Positions 54,573 through 62,521 of a DNA stretch of 64,000 bases are shown piece after piece. Origin of the DNA: Patescibacteria group bacterium (GTDB lineage: Bacteria > Patescibacteriota > Microgenomatia > 0-14-0-10-38-17); the NCBI GenBank assembly GCA_050953885.1, contig JBMNNJ010000002.1, positions 124,140 to 188,139 on the forward strand. Reading direction: 5' to 3'. The notes under the pieces were generated by a model, which searched no databases, was not told the DNA's origin, and was given only the letters and a program-made list of their open reading frames with translations. Made by a program: the position numbers and the translations under genes. How positions within the stretch are numbered: the stretch's first letter is position 1; each line of letters starts with the position of its first letter.

Positions 54573-54938
54573 TCAACCAAGGGCAATTTCGCCCCCCGGC
54601 ACTAACCTTTTTTCTTTCCTTTCCTCGCCAATACCTTCTTCTTTCTTCTCCAAATAATCGGCCGGTCGCAACGCCCCGCCAAAAGGAAGTCGCCGCGCTT
54701 CCACCCCATCGCCGGGTTTAATATCCAAACTTTTTATATCCCGATAAAGAACCACCGCTCTCTCTTCCCTTGTCGTTGATAAAAAAGCCACCTTTTCGCC
54801 ATCAAAGCCCTCCATTGGCAGCACCTCTTTAACCACACCCTGCGTTACTCTCACCCCAACCGGTAAACGGCCGGCTAAGCGCCCCGCCAGCCCATGTTCC
54901 ACTTTGCTCATCTTAACTTTATTATAGCATCTAACCAA
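54573..54938 (-). CDS. Hypothetical protein
   Basis: 121 aa with no clear family. Confidence 0.35.
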   Translation of the reverse strand: MVRCYNKVKMSKVEHGLAGRLAGRLPVGVRVTQGVVKEVLPMEGFDGEKVAFLSTTREERAVVLYRDIKSLDIKPGDGVEARRLPFGGALRPADYLEKKEEGIGEERKEKRLVPGGEIALG

Positions 54939-55052
54939 TAATTAAAAAAATTATTTCCCTGCGCCCCTTTACTAAATTACTACATAGTAATTTAGTGCTT
55001 ATAGTAAATTAATCACTAAAAAATAGGAAACTTTTTGGGATAAAATAAAAAT

Positions 55053-55397
55053 ATGGTTTTAACCAAAAGAAAAAAAAAGGAAGTCCGAATTAATCCCAAA
55101 AAGCTCATGCTAGCGGGAACAATTTTGCTTTGGCTGGCAACGGCTTGTTTTTTTTATTTTATTCCCCCAAAAAGTAATTTGATTATCAGCTTGGCGTTTT
55201 TACTTCTTTTCCTTTGCCTTTTTGCCCCGGCTTTCTTGTTGCTTAAAGTCGTCCTGGCGGCGTTTTTTCTTTCCCTCGGTCTCTGGCTTCTTTTATTATT
55301 TCAATTTTTCTCCCTTTTAACCCTACCCTTAAGCTTAACAACGATTCTCTTTACCAGCCTGATCGCCTTGTATGTTTTGCTAAACAAAAAATCGTAG
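55053..55397 (+). CDS. Small hypothetical membrane protein
   Basis: 114 aa, 3 predicted TM. Confidence 0.45.
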   Translation: MVLTKRKKKEVRINPKKLMLAGTILLWLATACFFYFIPPKSNLIISLAFLLLFLCLFAPAFLLLKVVLAAFFLSLGLWLLLLFQFFSLLTLPLSLTTILFTSLIALYVLLNKKS

Positions 55398-55424
55398 GGT
55401 CGGGTTTTCCGACCCGTTTGATTT
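55397..55424 (+). terminator. Putative intrinsic terminator GGGTCGGGTTTTCCGACCCG + TTTGATTT
   Basis: GC hairpin followed by a T-rich run immediately after the stop codon. A second GC hairpin follows (GGGCGGGAAGACCCCGCCCCG). Confidence 0.4.
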
Positions 55425-55449
55425 CGGGCGGGAAGACCCCGCCCCGACA

Positions 55450-55498
55450 AATTCGTTCATTCATGTTTATTCGTTCGCTATTCGTTCCCATTCGTGTC
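55450..55498 (+). repeat. ATTCG-rich repeat element (copy f, degenerate), ~50 bp upstream of trxB
   Basis: AATTCGTTCATTCATGTTTATTCGTTCGCTATTCGTTCCCATTCGTGTC. Confidence 0.6.
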
Positions 55499-55548
55499 TC
55501 TTAATCTCCCTTGCCAAAAACTCTCTTAAACTTTATAATTAAACTCAA

Positions 55549-56520
55549 ATGAAAAAGCTTCCTCCTTACGACCTGATTATCATCGGCACCGGGCCGGCGG
55601 GGTTAGCGGCTTCTATTTATGCCAGCCGCTACCGGATAAAGCATTTGGTTTTAGGCCAACAGCCCGGAGGAACCATCACCCTAGCCCACAGAGTGGAAAA
55701 CTATCCCGGTTTTCCTTCAATTTCCGGCTTTGAATTAGGGCAAAAATTCTTAGACCATGCTAAAAGCTTAGGGGGCGATATCGAAAATAAAGAAGTGGTG
55801 GAAATTAAAAAAGAAAATAACCATTTTAAAATCATTACCAACAATAACGGTCAATATCAGGCAAAAGCCATTATTATTGCCACCGGCACCAAAAGGAAAA
55901 GTTTGGGTATTCCCGGCGAGGATACTTATTTGGGCCACGGCGTTTCCTATTGCGCCACCTGCGACGCCGCTTTTTATAAAGGAAAAACCGTTGCCGTGGT
56001 GGGCGGAGCCAACGCCGCCTGCTCCGGCGCTCTGCATCTGGCCCGCTTTGCCCAAAAAGTTTATCTTATTTATCGCGGCGAGCGCTTGCGGGCAGAACCG
56101 GCTTGGGTACAAGAAGCTCGGGAAAATCCTAAAATTGAAATAATTTTTAACACCAATCCCCTCGCTATTTCAGGCGACGGGCAAAAAGTCACCGCCATTG
56201 CCTTAGACAAGCCCTATGGAGGGCAAAAAGAACTTGCCGTTGACGGCGTTTTTATTGAAGTGGGGGGAGTGCCGGTAGCCGGTTTAGTTAAAAATTTAGG
56301 GGTTAAAACCGATGAGGATAATTATCTTTTAACCGATAATTCGATGGCTACTAATATCCCCGGCATTTTCGCCGCCGGCGATATCAACGCTTTCCAGAAA
56401 AACTGTCAGCAGGTGGTTACCGCTGTGGCCGAAGGCGCTCAAGCGGCCTTAGGGGTTTACCAATATCTAAGTCAGACTACCGCTTCTCCTCGCCAGCCGG
56501 CAAAACGGACAAAGGATTAA
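55549..56520 (+). CDS. trxB: Thioredoxin-disulfide reductase
   Basis: FAD site IIGTGPAGLAA, redox-active CATCDA, and NADPH site GGANAACSGA. Confidence 0.85.
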   Translation: MKKLPPYDLIIIGTGPAGLAASIYASRYRIKHLVLGQQPGGTITLAHRVENYPGFPSISGFELGQKFLDHAKSLGGDIENKEVVEIKKENNHFKIITNNNGQYQAKAIIIATGTKRKSLGIPGEDTYLGHGVSYCATCDAAFYKGKTVAVVGGANAACSGALHLARFAQKVYLIYRGERLRAEPAWVQEARENPKIEIIFNTNPLAISGDGQKVTAIALDKPYGGQKELAVDGVFIEVGGVPVAGLVKNLGVKTDEDNYLLTDNSMATNIPGIFAAGDINAFQKNCQQVVTAVAEGAQAALGVYQYLSQTTASPRQPAKRTKD

Positions 56521-57181
56521 TTTTTTCCTCGTTAAGAATGATCTCCAAATGTAGATGAGGGCCGGTGGAAAAACCAGTGCTTCCTACCCGACCGATAATG
56601 GTCTCCTTCTCTACCTTCTCTCCTTTTTCCACCTCAATTTTAGACAAATGGGCATAAACCGAATAAAAAGCCGGACTGTGACGGATAACCACATAATTAC
56701 CCAACCCGAAGCGATTAAAACTGGTCAAAAGCACTTCGCCCGCGCTCACCGGCTTGACCATCGTTCCCAAAGGAGCGGCCAAATCAATTGCCTGATGAAA
56801 ACGAGAATAGCTTTGGGTAAGAGTAAAATTCTCCAAAGGAAATTGAAGGGCGCTTTGGGTTAAAACGCTAATCTCTTCCGGCTCAATCGCTAAAGCCTGG
56901 AAAACCACCTCGTCTTGGTTATCAAGCCCTACTGAAAAAGAAAAAACTGGCGCCATTAAATTAAGGCTAAGGCCGATCAGGGCAAAAGCCGAAGCCGCCG
57001 CCAACCGATATTGGCTGGCTTTCTGGGCCAAAATCCGGCCTAGCCGGCTTAATTTACTCCCTTTGCGGACGTTTTTAAGCCGCAAAAAGCCCGCGCCTAA
57101 CTTTTGGAAATAGTTTTTGGCCAACAAACTGGCCCGGAAGAAAAGACGTTTCATAGAGCGGGTTGATTTAGCCCGCGCCAA
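56477..57181 (-). CDS. M23-family peptidase (LytM domain) with N-terminal membrane anchor
   Basis: HQAIDLAAPLGTMV (HxxxD) and GSTGFSTGPHLHLEI (HxH). Confidence 0.8.
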   Translation of the reverse strand: MARAKSTRSMKRLFFRASLLAKNYFQKLGAGFLRLKNVRKGSKLSRLGRILAQKASQYRLAAASAFALIGLSLNLMAPVFSFSVGLDNQDEVVFQALAIEPEEISVLTQSALQFPLENFTLTQSYSRFHQAIDLAAPLGTMVKPVSAGEVLLTSFNRFGLGNYVVIRHSPAFYSVYAHLSKIEVEKGEKVEKETIIGRVGSTGFSTGPHLHLEIILNEEKINPLSVLPAGEEKR

Positions 57182-57275
57182 TAAAAAATCTACACTTTCA
57201 AAGTGTAGATTACCAGCAATTATATACTATAGGGGGTTAAAAGTCAAATAACACCCCGCCTGGGCGGGGCGAAGG

Positions 57276-57362
57276 CGGAGGAGGGGAGATTCGAACTCCC
57301 GTGAGCCTTGCGGCTCGCAGGTTTAGCAAACCTGTGCAATGGACCGGCTATGCGACTCCTCC
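57276..57362 (-). tRNA. tRNA-Ser (anticodon GCT)
   Basis: Acceptor GGAGGAG/CTCCTCC, discriminator G, anticodon stem CAGGT/ACCTG with loop TTGCTAA, long variable arm CGAGCCGCAAGGCTCAC, T-arm GGGAG-TTCGAAT-CTCCC. Confidence 0.85.
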
Positions 57363-57401
57363 AAAAAACAATATGCTTATTATAGCAAAAATTGAAAGAG
57401 A

Positions 57402-57453
57402 CGCGAATTGGCACGAATGAGAAACGAATGGACGCGAACGAGCGAATGAAATG
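57402..57453 (-). repeat. ATTCG-rich repeat element (copy g, inverted), ~40 bp upstream of tRNA-Ser
   Basis: CGCGAATTGGCACGAATGAGAAACGAATGGACGCGAACGAGCGAATGAAATG. Confidence 0.65.
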
Positions 57454-57639
57454 TAGGTGTGCCCCTTGTGGACGTTCGACCATGCGGGCCCTGTACCAGA
57501 ACGGTACGGGGCGGGCGGGGATACTCCCGAGGTTCCTGCCTAATCAACCCCCGGAGTTGATTAGCTTGCAACCTCGGGATTAAATGCTTTAGAACATTTC
57601 AAAAAAATTCATTACCGGAAATTACAGGGGTTGGTAGCC

Positions 57640-57840
57640 GGAATTTTGTCTGCGCCAACCAAGAAGAGAGCGCAATAAATTGCGCTATTCCACCTTGTTT
57701 TGGAATAGCGGGCTTTCCGCCAGGGGCGGACAGGTAGCCCGCGCCCACCATTCGCTCATTCGTATTAATTCGTTTCCCGTTCGTGTTAATTCGTGTATCT
57801 TAACAATGAAGCAATGAAGCAATGAAACAATTTAACAATC
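57640..57840 (+). repeat. Second copy of the composite repeat seen at 6660-6895 (TTTTGGAATAGCG inverted repeat + ATTCG element 57748-57795 + CAATGAAG tandem + TTTAACAATC)
   Basis: Same part order as 6660-6895. Includes a GAAATGCTTTAGAACATTTC-family palindrome at 57585-57603 just upstream. Confidence 0.7.
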
Positions 57841-57851
57841 TGAAGCTTCTC

Positions 57852-59489
57852 TTAGTACTCCGGCATTTGGGGGGCGCCGCCGGCAGGAGCCGGTTCTTTC
57901 TCGGGAAGATCGGTAATCATCGCCTCGGTGGTTAGGGCCATAATCCCCACCGAAACGGCATTTTGAAGCGCCAAGCGGGTTACTTTCAAAGGGTCGATAA
58001 TGCCTTTTTGAGTCATCGAGCCAAACTCTCCCGTCAGGGCATCAAACCCATAATCCGCCCGGCTGTTATTTTTAAAAACTTCTTCTTTAATTTTGGCCAC
58101 CACATAACCCTCATCTTCGCCGCTGTTTCGGGCAATTAAGCGAGTGGGCTGTTCTAAAGCAAGGCGTAAAATTTTCACTCCCACCGCTTCCTCATCATTA
58201 AGTCCCTTTAGGTTATCTAATGCCTTTTGGGCATAAATAAGGGAAGAGCCGCCGCCGGGAATAATCCCTTCCTCCACCGCCGCTTTGGTGGCTTCTACCG
58301 CATCCTTAACCCGTTCTTTTTTCTCGGAAAGCTCCACTTCGGTGGCCGCCCCCACATTAATTTGCGCCACCCCGCCGGCAAGTTTAGCTAATCTTTCCTC
58401 CAGCTTCTCGCGGTCAAAATCAGAATCGGTTTCCTCAAGCTGGCGCCTAATCTGCGCCACCCGCGCCTTAATGTCCACCGCATTTCCTTTCCCGCCAATA
58501 ATCCGGCAATTTTCTTTATCCGCCCAAACCTTTTCCGCCCGGCCGCAATCCTCCACCTTAATCGCATCAAGCTTTCGCCCAGTTTCCTCCGAAATTACCG
58601 TCCCGCCCGTTAAAATCGCAATATCTTCAAGCATTTCTTTGCGCCGGTCGCCAAAGCCGGGAGCCTTTACCGCCAAAATGTTAAAAGTCCCCCTTAATTT
58701 ATTAACCACCAGCGTTGCCAACGCCTCGCCCTCTACCTCATCGGCAATAATCACGATATTTTTGGACACCTTGATTAAATTCTCCAAAGAGGGAAGAATG
58801 TCGGCGATAGCGGAAATCTTTTGGTCAGTGATAATAATGTAAGGGTTCTCGACCTCTGCCTCCATTGTTTCGGGGTTGCTCACAAAATAGGGGGAAACAT
58901 AACCGTTATCAAATTCCATTCCTTCCTTATATTCAATTTCCAAATCCCAGCCCTTTGACTCCTCCACGCTAATCACCCCGTCACGACCCACCTTCGCCAG
59001 TGCCTCAGCAATCTTTTTCCCAATCGCCTCATCTCCGGCGGAAATAGTCGCCACCTGTTCAATATCGGAATTGCCTTTCACCGGCTTGGCAATTTCTTTT
59101 AGGCAAGCCACCACTGCTTCGCCACCTTTCTCCAAACCTCGGCGTAAGATCATCGGGTTGGCGCCGGCGGTAATGTTTTTCATTCCCTCGGCAATAATCG
59201 CTTGGGCTAAAACTGTGGAAGTGGTGGTGCCGTCGCCGGCATTGTCATTGGTTTTTTCCGCCGCTTCTTTAATCAACTGGGCTCCCATGTTTTCAAAAGG
59301 ATCTTCCAATTCAATTTCTTTTGCCACCGTGACACCATCATGAACCACATTGGGCGAGCCCCATTTGCGGTCAATGGCCACATTGCGGCCCCGGGGACCC
59401 AACGTTGTCCCCACCGTTTTGGCTAAAATCTGGGCTCCTTTTAAAATTGCCTCTCTTGCCTCGTCACTGTATTTAATTTGCTTGGCCAT
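57852..59489 (-). CDS. groL: Chaperonin GroEL (Cpn60)
   Basis: The ORF runs from 59528 but the conserved start is the internal [18 protein letters not shown]. GroEL-wide conservation. The C-terminus ends …GGAPQMPEY rather than a GGM repeat. Confidence 0.9.
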   Translation of the reverse strand: MAKQIKYSDEAREAILKGAQILAKTVGTTLGPRGRNVAIDRKWGSPNVVHDGVTVAKEIELEDPFENMGAQLIKEAAEKTNDNAGDGTTTSTVLAQAIIAEGMKNITAGANPMILRRGLEKGGEAVVACLKEIAKPVKGNSDIEQVATISAGDEAIGKKIAEALAKVGRDGVISVEESKGWDLEIEYKEGMEFDNGYVSPYFVSNPETMEAEVENPYIIITDQKISAIADILPSLENLIKVSKNIVIIADEVEGEALATLVVNKLRGTFNILAVKAPGFGDRRKEMLEDIAILTGGTVISEETGRKLDAIKVEDCGRAEKVWADKENCRIIGGKGNAVDIKARVAQIRRQLEETDSDFDREKLEERLAKLAGGVAQINVGAATEVELSEKKERVKDAVEATKAAVEEGIIPGGGSSLIYAQKALDNLKGLNDEEAVGVKILRLALEQPTRLIARNSGEDEGYVVAKIKEEVFKNNSRADYGFDALTGEFGSMTQKGIIDPLKVTRLALQNAVSVGIMALTTEAMITDLPEKEPAPAGGAPQMPEY

Positions 59490-59526
59490 ATTCAAAATAG
59501 TATTAAGTATAAAGAACTCAAATCGC

Positions 59527-59549
59527 AATCCGCCAAGCTGGCGGATTCG
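59527..59549. promoter_or_regulatory. GC palindrome AATCCGCCAAGCTGGCGGATT in the groES-groEL intergenic spacer
   Basis: Member of the AATCCGCCAGCTGGCGGATT family (others at 28833, 39461, 53455; degenerate copies at 60831, 60968, 61275). Followed by GTCAGAATGAC and ACAATTTGACAATTTAACAAT. Confidence 0.5.
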
Positions 59550-59605
59550 TCAGAATGACATTTACGAATATTCCGTCACAATTTGACAATTTAACAATAT
59601 AACGT

Positions 59606-59905
59606 TTATCTTACTATTCCCAAAATATCCTCAAATTTAATAAAAAGATATTCTTTTTCTCCTTCTTTATATTCATTGCCGCCCCATTCTTTATAAATTA
59701 CCGTTTCCCCCACTTTGCAAGGGGCCTCTCTTTTAACACCGCCTTCGGTAATTTCCGCACCGCCTACGGCTAAAACCTTCCCTTTTTGGGGCTTTTCCTC
59801 ATGAGAATCAGGCAAAACAATCCCCGAAGCCGTTTTTCTTTCGGTCTTGGTTGGTTCAACTAAAATGTAACCAGAAGCAGGAGTAATTTTTAAAGAAACC
59901 GTCAT
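59606..59905 (-). CDS. groS: Co-chaperonin GroES (Cpn10)
   Basis: 99 aa with ILVEPTKTERKTASGIVLP and GKVLAVG. Confidence 0.85.
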   Translation of the reverse strand: MTVSLKITPASGYILVEPTKTERKTASGIVLPDSHEEKPQKGKVLAVGGAEITEGGVKREAPCKVGETVIYKEWGGNEYKEGEKEYLFIKFEDILGIVR

Positions 59906-59949
59906 TTTTTAACAAAGTTTTAAAAAGATTTGTCTTGGGCTAATTTTTA

Positions 59950-59977
59950 ATTATAGCCAAATTCTTTTTTTTGTCAA
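59950..59977 (-). promoter_or_regulatory. Sigma70-type promoter for groES-groEL (TTGACA-N16-TATAAT on the minus strand); no CIRCE element seen
   Basis: -35 is the reverse complement of 59972-59977. -10 is the reverse complement of 59950-59955. It lies ~45 bp upstream of the groES start. Confidence 0.4.
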
Positions 59978-60010
59978 GAGTTTTTTTAAACCCCTCTCTA
60001 ACCCGAAAAG

Positions 60011-60415
60011 TTACAAGCTAATAACCTCAAGACCGGCAATTTTTTGGTGATGTCGAGGATTAGCGGTCACCAAGATCGCCTTTTGAGTCTTGGCTAAGGC
60101 CAAAAAGCAAGCGTCATAATAAGAAATACCCAACTTCTCGGCAAATTTATAACTTAATTCCGCCAACCCCAAATTCTCTTCGACAAAAATTAAAGGTAAA
60201 CTATAAAAAATTTTTAACGCCAATTCTGCCTCCTTATAAGAAAGCTTTTTCTCTTTTAAAAGAGCGTTCGCCAGCTCATATTTAACTAATGCCGGCAGAT
60301 AAATTTCCGCTTCTTGTTTCTCAAGCAATTTTAGCCAACCTTCTGCCTCATCCGTGCCTTCTTCCTGGGAAAACCACTTTACCACCACCGAAGTATCCAA
60401 AATATATTTTTTCAT
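60011..60415 (-). CDS. vapC: PIN-domain ribonuclease toxin (VapC-like)
   Basis: YILDTSVVVKWF (Asp in the first strand), a conserved acidic residue in ISYYDACFLA, and ~134 aa length. Confidence 0.7.
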   Translation of the reverse strand: MKKYILDTSVVVKWFSQEEGTDEAEGWLKLLEKQEAEIYLPALVKYELANALLKEKKLSYKEAELALKIFYSLPLIFVEENLGLAELSYKFAEKLGISYYDACFLALAKTQKAILVTANPRHHQKIAGLEVISL

Positions 60416-60417
60416 TT

Positions 60418-60675
60418 TTAATGACTCGCCCTGTCGGTAACCACAAAATCCGCCAAGTTACTTTTTGCGCCCCAGTTTTTAACTTTTTTTAAATTTTCCC
60501 AAATTTCAGGCCAACTAACCACGCTCTCCCGATAAGGTTCCACTAAAACCTTATCCTCGCCAACTAAAACCCACCTGACAACTTTTTGCGTCTTAAGCCA
60601 GCTTAAATTCTTCCTAATCTCTTCGGGAATAGTTAATTGATACCTATCCCTGATAATGGCAAGGCTATCTTTCAT
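60418..60675 (-). CDS. vapB: Antitoxin (AbrB/MazE/VapB-like swapped-hairpin domain)
   Basis: 85 aa immediately upstream of the PIN gene with a 2-bp gap. QLTIPEEIRKNL is typical of the AbrB/SpoVT fold. Confidence 0.55.
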   Translation of the reverse strand: MKDSLAIIRDRYQLTIPEEIRKNLSWLKTQKVVRWVLVGEDKVLVEPYRESVVSWPEIWENLKKVKNWGAKSNLADFVVTDRASH

Positions 60676-60699
60676 ATTATGAGCAGAATATCAGAAAAT

Positions 60700-61000
60700 C
60701 AGACGCCTGTCAAGAGGAAAAATAGTAGGGGCGGACCCATGTGTCCGCCCGTCAAGGGGTTCGTGATTGTCTATTTAAAACCATTAATCGGGTCGACACA
60801 TGGGTCGACCCCTACAAATTCCTTATCTGCCCGCTGGCGGACAAAATCATCCCCGTAGCTGTCATTCCTGAATTAAATTCAGGACAGGCTCTGACGAAAG
60901 TGTCATCCTGACGAAAGTCAGGATCTGTTTTGATTCTGAATCAAGTTCAGAATGACGCTAATCGTGGCCGTCATTCTGACGAATTCGCCAGCTAACAGAC
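60700..61000. repeat. Cluster of GC-rich hairpins: paired CATG-centred palindromes (GGGCGGACCCATGTGTCCGCCC; GGGTCGACACATGGGTCGACCC) followed by four tandem related hairpin units (TCCTGAATT/AATTCAGGA; ATCCTGAC/GTCAGGAT; ATTCTGAA/TTCAGAAT; GTCATTCTGAC…)
   Basis: Read directly from the sequence. ~300 bp without a plausible ORF between vapB and the next gene. Confidence 0.6.
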
Positions 61001-61073
61001 AAGTCAAAATTAAAAAATAAAGCAAAAAAAAACTTTTAACTTTTAACTTGCACTTTTGACTTTTGAATTTTTT

Positions 61074-61955
61074 TTAATCTTTTATCATCTTCCGATACCT
61101 CCTCATCATTTCCCCTCGCCGGTCTTGGGGATGGAAAAAAAGCTGGCCGGGTAAAATTTCCTCCCGTCCCTGATGAGTGCTAATCCTTTTTAACTGAAGG
61201 CCAGCCAAAATCTTCTCGACAATAGGAGGAGAAACAGCCGTTACTTCCTTTTCTTCTTTACTTTTGACTTTTGTTCGCCAGTTAGCGGATTGACTTTTGA
61301 CTTTTTTCTCTCCCCACGCCTGCGGCAAAAAAGAAGCCGCCCAAAAATTGGCCTGTAAAAAACGCTGATAAGCATTGGCTTTATCAACCAAGGGCTTCAT
61401 CTGTAAAATCTCATGGGCGGTATATAAGTCATGCCGTTCTTTTTTCAAAGCCAAATGACCCTCCTCTAAAAAAAGATTAAGGCAAATTTTATCCCGCACT
61501 TCTTTTTGATTTGGTCGCCGCCGCCAGCCCAAAAGCTCCAAGAAAATAACGGCCAAAAAGCGGCTTCGCCAAAGCCAGCCGGAACGGGTAATTATTAAAA
61601 AATCAATATCGTCTTCTTTTTTGGCCGCCTTCATCGCCAAGTTGCCCGTTAACCCCACCAAAAGAACTCCCGGCAAAAAGCCCAAAAGCCGCGCCGCCTT
61701 TTGGGCTTTTTTTATTTTTCCCTCTGCATACCTTTCCCGTTTTTTCCTTAACTCGACGCTGTTTTTGGGAGGGAAAAAATAAAAACCATCTTTAACGCTA
61801 ACTTTTCCCGCCTTTCTTAATTCTTCCAAAGCTTTTTTTACTTCTTGCCGCCCTGCTTTGGCCGGCAGCCAAAGAAAAACTTCTTCCTCGCGAAGGGGGT
61901 AGGAGAAAAGATCAAAATAAGAAAGGCAAGCTAAGACGGCACTCTTTGTCTTCAT
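61074..61955 (-). CDS. Nucleotidyltransferase-domain protein (Pol beta superfamily, minimal NTase motif)
   Basis: GLTGNLAM…EDDIDFLII (GS/T…DxD). Contains a degenerate copy of the CGCCAGCTGGCGGATTGACTTTT repeat at 61270-61300. Confidence 0.45.
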   Translation of the reverse strand: MKTKSAVLACLSYFDLFSYPLREEEVFLWLPAKAGRQEVKKALEELRKAGKVSVKDGFYFFPPKNSVELRKKRERYAEGKIKKAQKAARLLGFLPGVLLVGLTGNLAMKAAKKEDDIDFLIITRSGWLWRSRFLAVIFLELLGWRRRPNQKEVRDKICLNLFLEEGHLALKKERHDLYTAHEILQMKPLVDKANAYQRFLQANFWAASFLPQAWGEKKVKSQSANWRTKVKSKEEKEVTAVSPPIVEKILAGLQLKRISTHQGREEILPGQLFFHPQDRRGEMMRRYRKMIKD

Positions 61956-62039
61956 AAAATATTGGAAGTATCACTTCTTATCTTCTAAACTTGCCCTCAT
62001 CAAACCTTAGCGCAAAAAGCAAATAGCAGAAATCAAAAC

Positions 62040-62429
62040 CTAAATCAAAGATTTGAGACTTCTTTTCCCTTTCATGGTCAAGATGCTAGCGCTTAAAATT
62101 TTGGCAATTTCTTCAGTTTCCCTCAAAAAACCGTTAATTTTGTCTTTTTGATCTGGAAGTAATTCTCTTAGCATCGCTAACCAATATTTAGTCTCTTGAG
62201 CACTTTTCAAAGAGATTTCGAAGAATTTTAAAAATTCTCTTTTGGAAACTGCACTTTTAGCCTCAACGATATTCGCCCCAATTGAGGTAACCGCCCTAAT
62301 AAGTTGATTAGCAATAATTTTTATTGCCTGCCGATATTCTAAACTCTCTAAGAAACTTATTATTTCCAAACTTAAACGAAACACCCTATATTTTAATTCT
62401 GTTTTTGGTCTTTGAGCTTGGTTTTGCAT
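62040..62429 (-). CDS. Four-helix-bundle protein (TIGR02436 / 23S rRNA intervening-sequence protein family)
   Basis: EYRQAIKIIANQLIRAVTSIGANIVEAKSAVSKREFLKFFEISLKSAQETKYWLAML is typical of this family. The N-terminal codons overlap a repeat segment (TTGAGCTTGGTTTTGCATTTTA, also at 28706). Confidence 0.65.
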   Translation of the reverse strand: MQNQAQRPKTELKYRVFRLSLEIISFLESLEYRQAIKIIANQLIRAVTSIGANIVEAKSAVSKREFLKFFEISLKSAQETKYWLAMLRELLPDQKDKINGFLRETEEIAKILSASILTMKGKRSLKSLI

Positions 62430-62521
62430 TTTAAAATTTGATTTTTACATTCTACAGTAAAAGTATCTTTTCGCTCGTCATTTTCGCCTAAAGTAAAGTA
62501 TATGAATCAGAATCAAACTCG

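Noticed and set aside
59906-60010. CIRCE/HrcA operator (TTAGCACTC-N9-GAGTGCTAA) upstream of groES
   Set aside because: I searched by eye and found no match. Only a sigma70-like promoter and the family GC palindrome are present.
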